A stretch of DNA of 64,000 nt from a virus, in IMG/VR virus record IMGVR_UViG_3300050343_000255, positions 32,001 to 96,000 of that record, one strand, 5' to 3'. Below are positions 39,847-51,937 of the stretch, one piece after another. Each line of letters begins with the position of its first letter. Positions within the stretch are counted from its first letter, which is position 1. Position numbers and translations under genes: made by a program. Under the pieces are notes generated by a model, which saw only the letters and a program-made list of their open reading frames with translations, was not told the DNA's origin and searched no databases.

Positions 39847-40353
39847 TAGAATCCGCCGTGCACTCCAAGCAATGGAGCAGCTGTTGCAGTATCGTTTGCA
39901 CTTTGTTTCTTAACAGCTGCCCATAGAGCTTTCCCTTTAGGAATATAAAGCGCTTGGAACTGAGTACCAATAACAATACTAGAATCTGTAGAACCTACTC
40001 CTGGTACTGGATTTAATACAATAGGCATTCCACCATAAACAGTCTTAGATCCTTCAGTTGTAGCTCCATTAAAGGTACCCAAGAAACAGCTTGAGAAGGA
40101 ATCAAGAATATCCTTCACAGTTGCCAGATACATGTTCACTGTATAAGCAGTAGTTGTCTGCCTTGCAAGTGTATAGATCTCACCAAGGATTGCACCATCA
40201 TTTGTGGTGCAATCAACGATCAGCTTAGCTCCGTTTGAACCACCAATGGTGATAACAGATGTTTGCTCAACTGTTGCACCGGCAAGGTCAACAATATTGT
40301 GCAGTACGTTATCAACTAGTAAGCGGTTGCTTATTAGTAGATGTAGAAGCCAT
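39843..40353 (-). CDS. putative structural protein (frameshifted)
   Basis: MASTSTNKQP... to GVHGGFY. Confidence 0.55.
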
Positions 40354-40862
40354 TATGCATTACCTTTGTTTGATTTACCTTTCTTGGCGATAGTTGTTTT
40401 AGTGCTACCAGGAACCATTGCCATTGGGTCCGGCATCATTGCTGGCTGACCAGTTAGTCCCATAGCACTCTGTGGTTTACCATCATTGAGGTCCTGAGTT
40501 AATACCAACTGCTGCCATGTATAGTCTGCAGGAGCTTGCAGTGGTTTACAACCAAATGGTGTGTTGCCTTGATTTTGCCAATGGCATTGATGTAGGAACT
40601 TCTGAACGTCCAATCATTGATGGGTCAACAGCACCCAATTGTGTTGCATTGACTAGACCTTTATCTTGATAAGGGAATTTATTTACAGTCATGCCATTTG
40701 GTCCCTGTGGCATTGCACTAATTGAGGACCAAAGCTAACAACATTGTCTGGATTGTTATTCTGTGTTGTTGGATCCCCTGGTGTCACTGACATGTTCATT
40801 GACAGCATCGCCCGTTTTGGATCCAGGTTGATTGAATTCTGTTGTGCTTTACTTAGAGCCAT
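40353..40862 (-). CDS. Pro/Gln/Met-rich hypothetical protein (frameshifted)
   Basis: Coupled ORF fragments. Confidence 0.45.
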
Positions 40863-40864
40863 TA

Positions 40865-41170
40865 TCAAATCCTCGTAGTTTGTTGACGATCATTGTTGCC
40901 ATCGTCTGAATTACCAACAGCATTCCGATACATGGCAAGCTTTCTGTCTAGAGCATCTGAGGCCATATCAGTTTGTTGCTCTGCTTGAGGTTCAGGTTTT
41001 TCAAACCTTTCGTCAGGCATGGGTTCGCCAGTTGTAATTTGTGGCTGTACTCCTCCTACATAAGGATTACCATCTGCTTGAGCTTGTGCTTGCTTAAGTT
41101 TCATCTGATAGTCAGCTTCCTGACTATTCATGGTAATTTTAGGAGCACCGTGTGTATTTACGGCATGCAT
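40865..41170 (-). CDS. hypothetical protein
   Basis: ORF with TAGAATAG -10 upstream. Confidence 0.6.
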   Translation of the reverse strand: MHAVNTHGAPKITMNSQEADYQMKLKQAQAQADGNPYVGGVQPQITTGEPMPDERFEKPEPQAEQQTDMASDALDRKLAMYRNAVGNSDDGNNDRQQTTRI

Positions 41171-41205
41171 AATTGTATGGTTTAAATCCTAAGACTATTC
41201 TACAC

Positions 41206-41702
41206 TTAACACCAACTTGTGCTGAGCATCATTCGAGTTCCCACAGCAGTATCAGCTGGTCCAGGTACTGCCAAGATAAACTCTGCACCAGCACGTTCAA
41301 ATGCATATCGACGTACTTCTGGACGTCTGTAGTTTGGTACGTACAAGCTTTCAGCTAAACGATCAATTTCTCGAAGGTAGATCTCTCTAAAGTAATCATC
41401 ACCTTTGAGTGGATCTGACGTTGAATTGTCCGATCAACGTCACCAGAAATAATTTCTTGACGTGATGGATTCAAGATCCTGCTTCCATTTGCATCGAAGT
41501 AATCATCTGGAATAGCAGCACTTGCTCGCCATGCAATATCACAACGTTTGATGTGATACACAATTTGCTCATACCAGTAGTTATCTGGAATAAGTGCCAT
41601 CGCCTCTTCTAGGCGGGAACGATCACCAGCAGGAATCTGAGCACCAGCATTAAAGCCTAAGTGAAATCTAGTTTTTGACTTTAGATAATCGTCTAGTTCC
41701 AT
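41206..41702 (-). CDS. putative head-completion/adaptor protein (frameshifted)
   Basis: KTRFHLG..RLEEAM; position downstream of the capsid genes. Confidence 0.5.
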
Positions 41703-42147
41703 TACGCAGCTCCAGTGATGTTGCTGTAGGTATCAGCAAGGACAGATTGCAATTGCTGTGTTTCAGAAGGTGTTAGTGAACCTTCTGTCTGGAGTTTTGC
41801 TAGAAGTACTGGCTGCAGGATTGTCTTGCATTGCAGCTACCCTGTGCACCTGCTCCAAGTGCTCCACCTAGGATTGCTCCTACCAAACCCCCTGCAAAAC
41901 GTGGTCCAGGTTTTACAGCTCTTACGCATTCTGCATTGGACCACTTACTACTAAGCCTTCTCCACCTGCTAAGCCGATCTTTAATTTATTAATTTGATTT
42001 CCACCTTGCATATGGAACTTCACCAGCTGCAGCACCAACAATGCACCTGCACCACTACCTAATAAAGCAGTGGTGCCCAGTGCCCATTTGATTTTGTTGA
42101 TCTTGCTGCGCTTTAGCTAGTAACGCCTCTTCAATACTAATTGCCAT
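41702..42147 (-). CDS. Gly/Ala-rich protein (frameshifted)
   Basis: MAISIEEALLAKA..PRFAGGLVGAILGG. Confidence 0.5.
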
Positions 42148-42176
42148 TACTATACTTTGACTTTAATATTACTAGT

Positions 42177-42611
42177 TTAACTAATAAAGATTAAGTCCTC
42201 TTCAATCAATTGATCCCAGTTAACCCTAGGAATATTTTCTAGTTGTTTGAGATTGGCAAAGCGCTCACCACTTAAAGACATACGTAGTTCAACAATTTTT
42301 TTAGCTGTTGCAAATCCAACGCCAGGTAGACGTTTGGCAATCTGCTCTGCTTGTGCTGCATTCAGATTCAATCGCATATCTTCAATAGGAACAATTGGAT
42401 CAGGCAATGGCTCTTCAGGAAGCTCTTGTTCTAGTTGTGCAATCTTGACCATCCGACCTTTTTCACGGTCATAAGGAACAAGTTGTTCCAAGGTCATAAA
42501 TGTGACGTTACCTCCAGCATCTTTAACCATTGCAAATTCTTTATCGTGAGTACTGATAAACTCAACTAGTTTTCCAGTCTTACTATCTTGAAATAACTTT
42601 TGTTCAGCCAT
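42177..42611 (-). CDS. helix-hairpin-helix (ComEA-like) DNA-binding protein
   Basis: LNLNAA..LPGVGFATAKKIVE..F..L.NIP. Confidence 0.8.
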   Translation of the reverse strand: MAEQKLFQDSKTGKLVEFISTHDKEFAMVKDAGGNVTFMTLEQLVPYDREKGRMVKIAQLEQELPEEPLPDPIVPIEDMRLNLNAAQAEQIAKRLPGVGFATAKKIVELRMSLSGERFANLKQLENIPRVNWDQLIEEDLIFIS

Positions 42612-42644
42612 ATTTTTGGGGTATTCCTTTTCATATTATAGGCA

Positions 42645-42673
42645 CAAAAAAAGCGCCTCATAAGAGACGCCTT
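42645..42673 (-). terminator. intrinsic terminator after the capsid operon
   Basis: GGCGTCTC-TTAT-GAGGCGCT followed by a T-run. Confidence 0.75.
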
Positions 42674-42692
42674 AGTTATCTGATTGTTATTA

Positions 42693-43334
42693 TCAGGTGC
42701 CTTGACCAGCTTCAATTCCATAAGGAATGTGAGCGTCGCTTGCATCAGGTGCGGGAGCGGGACGGTAGTAGCAGATCTCGACCAAGATGGCAGAGGGGCT
42801 CTTACGGTCTGCACCAGCAGAAGGGTTCTGCTCAGCAGTGAAGTTGGCAGAAGTGATGACTTGAACAGCAGTGTCAGCAGAAGTGCTGATAGCAGTGCCA
42901 TTGACAATTCCCAACATTGCGGAGGCAGCGCCATCAGCAGGGAAGAACTTGTCAGAGCCTGCAGTCAGGGTTACTTCACTACCAGTGTCACCAGGAGCGT
43001 TACTACCAAGAGCAACGATCTTGACGGTGTTACCGGAAGCAGCAGCTTTGACGCCAGGTGCGTTCAATGCGGTGCGATAAACAACGGAATTCTTAGGAAT
43101 CACGAATGCTTTATCTACACGTGGCTTGTCATCCTGACGAAGATCAGGGGACAGAACCTTCAAGTTGTAGGTGCCAGCCGCCAAAACACCACCGGAAAGA
43201 ACTCCAGCGTTATCGGGATCTAGAACGAGAGCACCGACGATGCGGTAGAACTCAACACCTGGGAGAGCCTCAACACCCTGTTCGCGATATGCGTTCAGGT
43301 GGGCTACATAATTACCGGGAAAAATTACGGACAT
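42693..43334 (-). CDS. putative minor capsid/decoration protein
   Basis: Directly after the major capsid gene; followed by the terminator. Confidence 0.6.
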   Translation of the reverse strand: MSVIFPGNYVAHLNAYREQGVEALPGVEFYRIVGALVLDPDNAGVLSGGVLAAGTYNLKVLSPDLRQDDKPRVDKAFVIPKNSVVYRTALNAPGVKAAASGNTVKIVALGSNAPGDTGSEVTLTAGSDKFFPADGAASAMLGIVNGTAISTSADTAVQVITSANFTAEQNPSAGADRKSPSAILVEICYYRPAPAPDASDAHIPYGIEAGQGT

Positions 43335-43350
43335 AGTTAGTTAGCTCCTA

Positions 43351-44498
43351 TCAATATACGAAAGAGTAACCAACCGTAATGAAATCGCGGTTAAGCGTTT
43401 CAAAACCGGCAAACAGCGACCAGATCATGATGATGAAACGGCTGAAGTCGTCGTTGTTGTTCAACAGAATCTGTGCGTTGTTACCACCAATACCCACGCC
43501 AACAGCCTGAGGGCCGAAGAAGACAAGTTGAGATGCTGTGTAATCAGCAGCGCCTGCGGCCTCATCAGTCACAATCAAGTTGTAAGTGGTTTCGGGCAGG
43601 TTGGTGGACTCGAACCAACGGACACCCTCAAAGAGGAAGCCAGTAGGCATAACGGGTTGACCGGCAACAAAGCCAGCTTGACCGTAAGCAGGACCCATGC
43701 CTTGGTAGAAGTTGGCATTAGGTGCTTCACCAGGGTTCATAGGATTAACAATCCCTTGACCTGGATAACGTGCGATTTCGCGGAAGTCGGCGTTCTGACG
43801 CAGATGCATCATTGCGGTCGGATCCACGATGCAACGGTAGTAACCATCAGCGAAGGTAGGAACGTTGCGCTTACGCATGTCCTTGACCACTTCGAGGAGG
43901 TCAGTCTTGACATCGAATTTGGCGGACTCACCAGCGGCGTACGTCACACCCAAGGTTCCACCAGCGCCACCCTTAGGCTTACCGCCGGGCAGGTAGTAAC
44001 CACCTTGATCTTTGCTGGCTTGACCAGCAGCTTCTGCCTTCAGCAGTTCGTTTGCGAAGACACGATCACGCCAACGACGATAGTCATCCAGCAAGGTCAA
44101 AGAACCGATGCTTTGGTGGAAGACATTCAGGTTGCCGGTATCAAGCAGCAGACGCTGAGCAGTGATCAGGGTTTCACGAGCCACCTTGAAAGTAGAAGGC
44201 TGTGAAGCATCGCGAGAATCAGCAGGGCCGGTGTACTCACGAAGAGTAACGAGCACTTTGTCCTTAACGATGTTGCGTGCGGAGGCGGATCCAAGTGTTT
44301 GATCGGCAGTCCGCTCACGGGACTCCTTAGTACCAGGCTTACCCCAGAAGCGATACCGGTCAACTGAACAGTTTGACCAGGTTGCTTGGAGAAGTCATGA
44401 ACAACTACTGGCTCAACTGCCATCTCAATGATGTAGGCAGGATGAGGACGGTAAAGTTCTGCACCAAGAAGCTTCGGAAAATCATTATCAATCCACAT
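43351..44498 (-). CDS. major capsid protein (frameshift near 44360)
   Basis: About 380 aa; PGQTVQL, VTLREY, YRCIVDP, GFLFEGVRWFES, DDFSRF; HK97-like pattern. Confidence 0.8.
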
Positions 44499-44612
44499 AG
44501 GATCGTAACTCCGTAAGCTAAAAAAGTTATAAGTGACTTCGACTTAGTCACATATAACGATAGTACTTGTTATTGCTATACTTTTAACTATATACCCCAA
44601 TATTTTGTGGTT

Positions 44613-44989
44613 ATGGAATTTATAGACGATAAAATTTGGACACCTATTCATTTTTGCCTGGATATGAGTGCTGTATTGAGTACTACATAAACTCAGTAGG
44701 GTGAAATAAAAAGTACCAAAGGTAAGTCAGAAAAGCTTCTAAACAACGTAAAAATAAGAATGGATATATGCAGGTTAATCTTGACGCAGCGTATTGGTCG
44801 AAGAGAACTATAACTGTTACAGTTCATAAGTTAGTTGCCCTTGCATTTTTAAAACCTCCACTGACAATGCCTGGTAGAACAAAAGCATGCAGTCGTGTAG
44901 CGCATGTTGATGGACATAAACATAACAACTCAGCTTGTAATCTTAAATGGACTAAAATAGAAGAAAGTTGTAATAGCAAAAATGGCTGA
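44613..44989 (+). CDS. NUMOD4/HNH homing endonuclease (frameshifted)
   Basis: LPGYE..GYMQVNL..VHKLVALAF..HVDGHKHNN..NLKW. Confidence 0.75.
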
Positions 44990-45480
44990 TAGTCTTATTC
45001 TTACTGGTGTGAAAGATGTTACAAAAACACACCGGCAAGGAACTCTTGCTTACTCGCCCTAAGCGGGGTGGTGATACTCACAAGATCAAAGAATGGTGGC
45101 ATGGAACAAATGGTGTTCAGTATGTTGACTGCACCATTTTTGATGTGACTGCCAAAGGAGAAAGATGAAGCTTGCTGTAGCTTCTACAAACGGAACCTTT
45201 GTGCGCATTGATCATGACGGTGAATTGAACTTCGCGTTCTATGCCTCACGCAATGTCACTCGTGCTGCTCTATTCACTCAAGAACTTCAGCTTGTAGAGC
45301 ACTATGTTCTACCTTCTATGAGCGGTGGCAAAGTGATGACTGTTACTCCTCATGGTGCAGTAACCAAGCCTGTATTTGTAATCAAAGAGGCAGTCAAAGC
45401 CTGCAGCACCTGTTAAAACAAAAGCCACAAAGAAAGTAGTTACTAAAGAATATAAGTCTGCTATCAAAAAAGAAGACTAG
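44982..45480 (+). CDS. putative structural beta-protein, paralogue of the 22614 gene (frameshifted)
   Basis: MADSLILTGV..EWWHG..YVDC..LAV..VTR..YVLP. Confidence 0.55.
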
Positions 45481-46166
45481 AAGCTAGGACGATCTGAAGT
45501 TCTCATAATATAATTCTTGTCACTGATTGATTCCAGTGACTTGTATTCATTACCAATATCAATTTGAATGTTATAAGGCAATCGTCTTAGTGTTTCTTGC
45601 GTGAATGCCAACATAGAAAAAGTCACGTGGTTTGATATACATCAAATCGTAAGGATGCTCTTCATGCTCACTTGTATATAAACGTACGTCTAAGTTTGCA
45701 TCGTTATACATATTAGAAGTTTTTAAGTTAGTGAAGATCAATACTTAGGTAAGCATCTAAACCAATTGCAGGCAATGTAAGTGGAGGTGTAGCAGCAGAT
45801 GAATATCCTGTATCTAGTTCTGCTCCTGCTCTGATCAAGGGCACTAGTTACAAATCCTGTATCGTCTTCTGTTTCAAAAAATTAATATCAGCTTTTATAT
45901 AACCTGGCTCCATATATTCTTTAAGAACAATGTCACCAATAATATTTAGCTTTACTTTTATAAAGTGATTCTCTACTCCGAATAAACCAACAGCATCAGA
46001 ATACGCAATGAAAAAGGTACAACGTTTACTTCAGCGAGTTCCGCTTTGTAATGCTTGCACCTGTTGCATAGTTAAGTGATCGACTAGATGAGTAGCGATC
46101 AGGGTTTGTATTATCACTAGCAGAATACGTTTGGTTTTGCTTTAGTAATTCTGTTGTGACATCCAT
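45477..46166 (-). CDS. hypothetical late protein (heavily frameshifted)
   Basis: Fills the gap; TACAATAG upstream at 46188. Confidence 0.35.
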
Positions 46167-46195
46167 GTCCGCATTGCTTCTTTACCTCTATTGTA

Positions 46196-47135
46196 TTAAA
46201 GATAGTCATTGACAGATTCTGATTCCTCACGCAAGTTCTTAAGTGCTTTGTGCTCTAACGTTCTTACACGGTCACGGCTCATGTTCAACACTTGACCAAT
46301 TGCTGTCATTGACATTGGTTCAAGAATATCCTCTCCAATTCCATATCTCATACTAATTACAGCAGCTTGCATTTCAGGAAGCTCACCAATTAGTTCTCGA
46401 ATATCATCTTTAATGAACTGTTGCTCTAGCAGCATTTCTGGTAGTTGTGTTTTATCTTCTAATAGATCAATCAATGCTGTATCCCGATTCTCTCCAATTT
46501 TAATTTCTAATGATGTAGGTTGACGAGCCTTACACATTAAATCTTTAATTTCATCTACCTTTAGATTTAGGTATTCAGATAATTCAAATACATTTGGAAG
46601 CTGTCCATTGATCTGACTTAATTCACGTTGGGCTTTCTTAAGTTTGTTGAGGTTCTCAGTAACATGGATTGGTAACCGGATCGCCCTCGATTTCTCAGCG
46701 ATTGCGCGAGTGATCCCTTGACGGATCCACCAGTAGGCGTAAGTAGAAAACTTGTAACCACGGCCAGGATCAAACTTCTCGACGCCACGTACGAGACCGA
46801 TCGTGCCTTCTTGGATAATGTCCAGAAGGTCCATGTTCCGCTTGGTGTATTTCTTAGCAACGGACACCACAAGCCGGAGGTTGGCAGTAACCATTTTGTC
46901 TTTGGCTTTTTCACCATCTCTGATTTGTTTGCGTAGATCCTTGTAAGGAACATCCAGCACTCGTGATACATCTTTGTGTCATCTAGCTGTAGTTCATCTT
47001 TAATGTTTTGATTTCCATCAAACGTTGAACTTGTCTGCCTAACAAGATTTCTTCGTCATGCTCAAGTAAAGGAATTCGTCCGATATCACGGAGATATGCA
47101 CGGACAGAATCTCCTGTACTCTTTGTAGATGCCAT
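46196..47135 (-). CDS. rpoD: RpoD-family sigma-70 factor, group-2-like (frameshift near 46990)
   Basis: [16 protein letters not shown] (1.2), [31 protein letters not shown], region 4 HTH; no region 1.1. Confidence 0.95.
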
Positions 47136-47176
47136 ATTTGTCTTTTCGCTTATATTTAATTCTATCAGCCTAAGTG

Positions 47177-47475
47177 TTATTTATCAACTATAGATTCCAG
47201 CAAACCTAATGTACTTTCTTTTGGATTTTCTCCTGACTCAAGTGATTCAACTGCCATCGCTTGTGCAGCATGTTCGTTATATCCTTTCTCTTTATAGTTA
47301 GTCAGATTTCGTTCGTACTGCTCAATCGAACTTTCAAAGTCTTCACCATGGTGAATCATCTCAGCTGCCATTTGATTTGCAGCTTGATCTTCTACACCAT
47401 CAGATTTCAGATGTTTCCATATTGCCTGAAAAATATCAGGATCACTTGCTAATCACCAGCCTTTCTTGTATTCAC
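47177..47475 (-). CDS. hypothetical protein (frameshifted; begins MNTRKAGD)
   Basis: GTG start; restoring one T opens the frame into ORF 47177-47371. Confidence 0.5.
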
Positions 47476-47521
47476 TTGGCAACACTATGAATCTCTATTT
47501 ATTCTATCAATTACTACTAAA

Positions 47522-47814
47522 CTAATCCTTTAAGTCGAGACTGTTGTGCAACAGATGCCAATGCTGCAGCGTAGTTTGGATCTGCCATTCTTGCCATTTC
47601 ACTATCTTTTCACCTTTGGCAGCAAGAATTGCCATGAAATTTACGTGACCTGACTTCTGTTGATTTGCAATTTGTGCAGCACTAAGTCCTTGAACCTTTT
47701 GCATGCCTTCCATGGCTACACGTCCTTGGGTTTCATTGGTAATAGCTTGTTGACCAGCATTACTAACAAGTTGCTGATCTGAATGCCTTGTTGAAATTCT
47801 TGTGAGTTAAGCAT
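47522..47814 (-). CDS. Gln/Ala-rich hypothetical protein (frameshifted)
   Basis: ORF fragments. Confidence 0.4.
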
Positions 47815-47857
47815 GTCTACAATTAGCTTTAATTCTGTTATCTATATTGTACGTAAA

Positions 47858-48222
47858 TTAAATACGTCCTTGTTCAGGACCATCTACGTAATCAACTGCT
47901 GCCAATAAAGCAGCTAGTCCACCAGCTCCGGCTAGTACTTCTCCAGCCATGCGCTTTTCCTTGTCTTTCTTCAGGGCGTATGAACCACCTTCTCTAAGTA
48001 GTTCTTTGACAAAAATGTCAAGGTTTTTGTTCTCAGGTCGTGAGGCAAGCTCTAGTGCCTGAGCTACATCTTCTGACGTTGGCTTACGACCTAAGACTTT
48101 TTCTAAAACCTCAGGAGTAGTTTGCCGTGAAAGACATAATCCAAATCTGGATTAGAAGGCAACGACCCCGAAGAGCCGATGCCTAGTTCTCTTGCACGTC
48201 TGCCAGAGTTGTAGTAACCCAT
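47858..48222 (-). CDS. hypothetical protein (frameshifted)
   Basis: MGYYNSGRRAREL..KRMAGEVLAGAGGLAALL. Confidence 0.45.
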
Positions 48223-49210
48223 TACATGTCTTGAATAAGAGCCTTAGCTTGCAGGGCACCTTGAGGAGCCTGTGAGAGGTAACGCCATGCGTTCTCAGGG
48301 GAGCTATCCATCATTTCGCTGAAGGAGCCCCAGAAGTCATTTGCCTGGTTGACCTGACGGCCAGGGGTAGGCATGTCCATTTGAGGACGCTGGAAGTTCT
48401 GTGGGACTTGTCCTTGCTCTTGAGCTTGGATCTCAGCTTCGAACTGTGCACGAGCTTCTTGCTGCTGACGGACTTGTGTCTCATCAGCGGTCTCGGTTGG
48501 GTAAGGACCCTGAGGACCGAAGAACTCATTGACGTAATCAGCCAACACATCAGGGTTGGTGAGCATCAGGTTCATTGCACCGTTCTCTTCGGTAGAAGCT
48601 TCGAATGCACTAAGGACATTGTTGCCACGCTGAACTTGCTCGATCAGTGCGTCTTCAACTGCACAGGCATAGGTGTTCAGGAGAGCAGGGGCTTCAGCAC
48701 CAAAGTGCTCAAGAACCTCAAGACTTTCTCCGCTGATTCCGCTTAGGTACTGATCCTGAGCCTGACTGGCTCCGTGCTGCACCGCTTGCTGCACCAGGCT
48801 GCTGACGTCGGATTCCGTATAGCTCTGGGTTGAAACTTGGGGCTGCGAAATCTGCTGAACCTGTGGGGCCATTGAAGCCCAACTGGGTTGAGTAGTTGCC
48901 TGCGGCGTCGGTGTCGTCTGGTATGCCGAGGGTGAAACCTGGGCCTGGGAGGGGCTGGACGTATTCAGGCTTGCGCTGAGCGCCTGGAACGCCTGCTGCC
49001 ATGGATTGCCCTGAGTTGGAGCCGAAGGCTGCGGGGCCGGGGCCGATGCCTGGTAAGCCGGTGCCTGGGGTGCCATTGGCTGACCCATTGATGCCGGGGA
49101 GGTTGGGACTGGCTCGTCGCGTACTGGCTGGCCGCGCTGGGCACGTAGTTGGTCGGCGCTGCTGAGCTCGTCGGGGATACTTGTTGTGCTGGCTGGCTTG
49201 TAACTTCCAC
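48222..49210 (-). CDS. putative capsid scaffolding protein (1-nt indel near 49106)
   Basis: AAGGAG RBS plus GTG at 49210; P/Q/A-rich N-terminus, helical C-terminus; follows the portal. Confidence 0.6.
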
Positions 49211-50975
49211 TGTAACTTAACTCCTTACGTAAGAATTCTAAAGATCGATATAAGAACCCTGTCATATCAAGGTTCGGGTCAGAAGCCAAAGGCATGTCTG
49301 GCATCTGTGGATGAGGCAATTGATAGAACTGCCCAAGTAAACTAATAAAACTATTAATACTGCTTTGTGTTTGCTGGACCATTCTGAAGGGGAAGCCACT
49401 TAACATTGCAGCTCGTTCTTCATCAGTTTTTCCAGGGAATAAGTATTTGAGAGCTTCAATAGAATCAACTCCCAATTCTTGAAGGTTGCGAACGACGATA
49501 CTGTTATTAAGCAGATCTTCAGTGCTTTCTTCAAAGACTTCTCCCATCCAACGCCAACTGACTTTTGATGCTCCGTCAGGAACAAGGCCAGTAACACCAG
49601 GGGGTATTTCACCTGCGTCTAGTTTAGCACGCATCTCTTTATCACGTTTCTGAATAAACTTCTGATAGTTGTCTTGATATTTACCATAAGCTTTTTCATA
49701 TTCTTTCTCATCTTCAAACTCTTCAGGCAAAGGAAGTTCTGGTTCTTCAATCCATTGCAGCAGCGAATGAATCATTAAAGTTACGCTCCTCTGCATAAAT
49801 CATCATTGAGAACAGAGGACATAAGCCATATGTAAATAAGTGCTCTTGCTTTCTTTTCAGCAGTAGCTGCTACACGTCCATATAGTGTTTTAATTTCATA
49901 TGCTGTAGCAGCAGTATTAATGTCAATATCGTCTACGCCACCAAGGCAAGTCGAATTTCAGATCGGTACTGTTTGACGTATAAATTCTGGTCACCAGATA
50001 CACTGTCAGGTGTCATATAACCAACTCGATCAGTTGGCTCTAGGTTTGCAATAACTCGTGGAACTTTGATCTGTCCATCAAGTGTTCCAGCCACCAAAAG
50101 GTTGACTTACACGTGTACTTGCTCTACCTGTGCCTCCAATAGGAGCAAATCCTGCTTGAGAGCTAATCGTAGGACGGAAACTATTGTCATCTCCACTATC
50201 AAGGATGTCATGACGTGGACGACTAGAGATAAGTGTTGGGTTACCGAAGAACTTCATGTTCTTACGGATGTTGCGCACTAATTCATCGTGATACAAGATC
50301 TGATGTGCTAACCAATCAAATTCACCATTACCTGTTGCTTCACCTGTGCAGTCCATGTGGTTAAACACTTCAACCGCAGGAATAAATCCAAGACTGTTAG
50401 TCAATACTTCTGTTTGACCAGGCATCTTGAAGGGCATTGCACCCATTTGATTTGAGAACTCAATTTTCTCGTCTGAGATCGTTTGCTCAATACGATCTTT
50501 GTAGACCTTCAGTTGAATCCACTTCTTTTTACCATTCGATCCATTTGAACCTGGCAGATTGTCTGCTAATCCAATGGTTTGCTGAACATTAAAGGAATAA
50601 ACAAGAACTAATGACTCAAGATCTCCAGCTTGGTCGCGATATGCCCTATAACTGTCCTTAGGGAAGTAGAGAATCTGATAACTTTCTCCTGCTGGTCGGA
50701 AATAAAATAGACCTTGCCATCACATAGGAAGTAATCAACAATGCTTTCGAATTTCATCTCAAGCATGTTCTCTTCACAGAGTTTATTTATAAATTCCCTA
50801 CGTTTCCAAATGAATCTTGTTCTGCATAGAACTCAATGCCTCTGCGAAGCATAAATGTTCTCATCTGTGCTAGATGAGAGGACACAATCATTGTGTCTAC
50901 AGATAAATCTCCTCGCCTTTCTTTGGCAGCTAATAGTATTTGTTGAAATTCGCTATTAATTGAATTCATTGACAT
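48718..50975 (-). CDS. putative portal protein (multiple frameshifts)
   Basis: Large gene between TerL and scaffold; NSLGFIPAVE, FFGNP, ATAYEIK..YG, SIVVRNLQELG. Confidence 0.65.
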
Positions 50976-51001
50976 ATTTCATGCTGTCTTATAGTTCAAT
51001 A

Positions 51002-51929
51002 CTACTTGATTTTGTCTAATGTGTCCTCATAAATCTTCTCAGCATTTGATGTGATTGGTGAGGGCATTCCAGGAATCTCAAAGTTGAAATCAAACGGACT
51101 CTTGCCTTTGAAGATCTTTTCACGTCCAGCATCAGGCTCGATTACGTGACTCTTGAATTGAATTTTTAGTCCAGCATTTAGTTCAGCATCACGCTGAGGA
51201 TTGTTCGGACTATAGTCAACATTCTTGTAAGTATCATACTCTCTACGATTAGCCCGTTGTGCTAAACGGTTGGAATCAATGTACATATCCATAAACTTTT
51301 GAGATGCTGCAGGACTGTCGTCCACATCATAGAATCCACCCATCGTTGCACTAGATACAGGTGTGTCATAAAGCTTACTTTCACCATCTCCACCTGTGTA
51401 ATTAAATGTGCGAGTACTGCCTCCATAAAAACGTCTTGAATTATCTGTGTTATCAACACTATTATCTATAGTCTGGGTAATGGAGTTATCCTGATTTGCT
51501 TGATTATTATTACCGTTGATGGTTTGTGGATTTGCTTGTGAAATTGGTGAATTAATAGATCCATCTCCTAGAATGTTCCAGCACTAAATGGTACGGGAGT
51601 TTGTGCAGCAGCTGGATCACTGTCAGTACTTTCTGGCTTATTAAAATGTAACACCACTGCTTTTCTAAGTAAGATCGTTGCTTGACCTATTAAACTTGGC
51701 ACCGTCATTAACTAGCCCTTGATATTTCGCAACCATACTATTATCACCTTCATCAATAGATACTCCTTCAGGACGTTCACGGAATTCAGAAATTACTTCT
51801 TTAGCTGAGTATCTGCCATCTTTAGTTGGGTCTTGCTGACCTTCAGCTGAAATACGATTGTATTCTTGATGTGCCAAGACGTTCTTCTAAAGCGTTTCTA
51901 AATCCATTACTACCTGCTTTACGAGCCAT
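51002..51929 (-). CDS. hypothetical late protein (frameshifted; begins MARKAGS)
   Basis: Same-strand fragments; TACAATAG upstream. Confidence 0.5.
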
Positions 51930-51937
51930 CTCACTAT

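Noticed and set aside
42177-42611. Photosystem II PsbU as an auxiliary metabolic gene
   Set aside because: Shares only the HhH pattern; no signal peptide, and the LPGVG..AKKIV motif fits ComEA-type DNA-binding HhH
42684-44205. Long plus-strand ORFs (179 and 225 aa) opposite the capsid genes
   Set aside because: Antisense shadows of codon-biased genes; no motifs or RBS seen
48222-49796. 524-aa single protein in the ORF track
   Set aside because: Best explained as a portal/scaffold chimera created by one missing base near 49106
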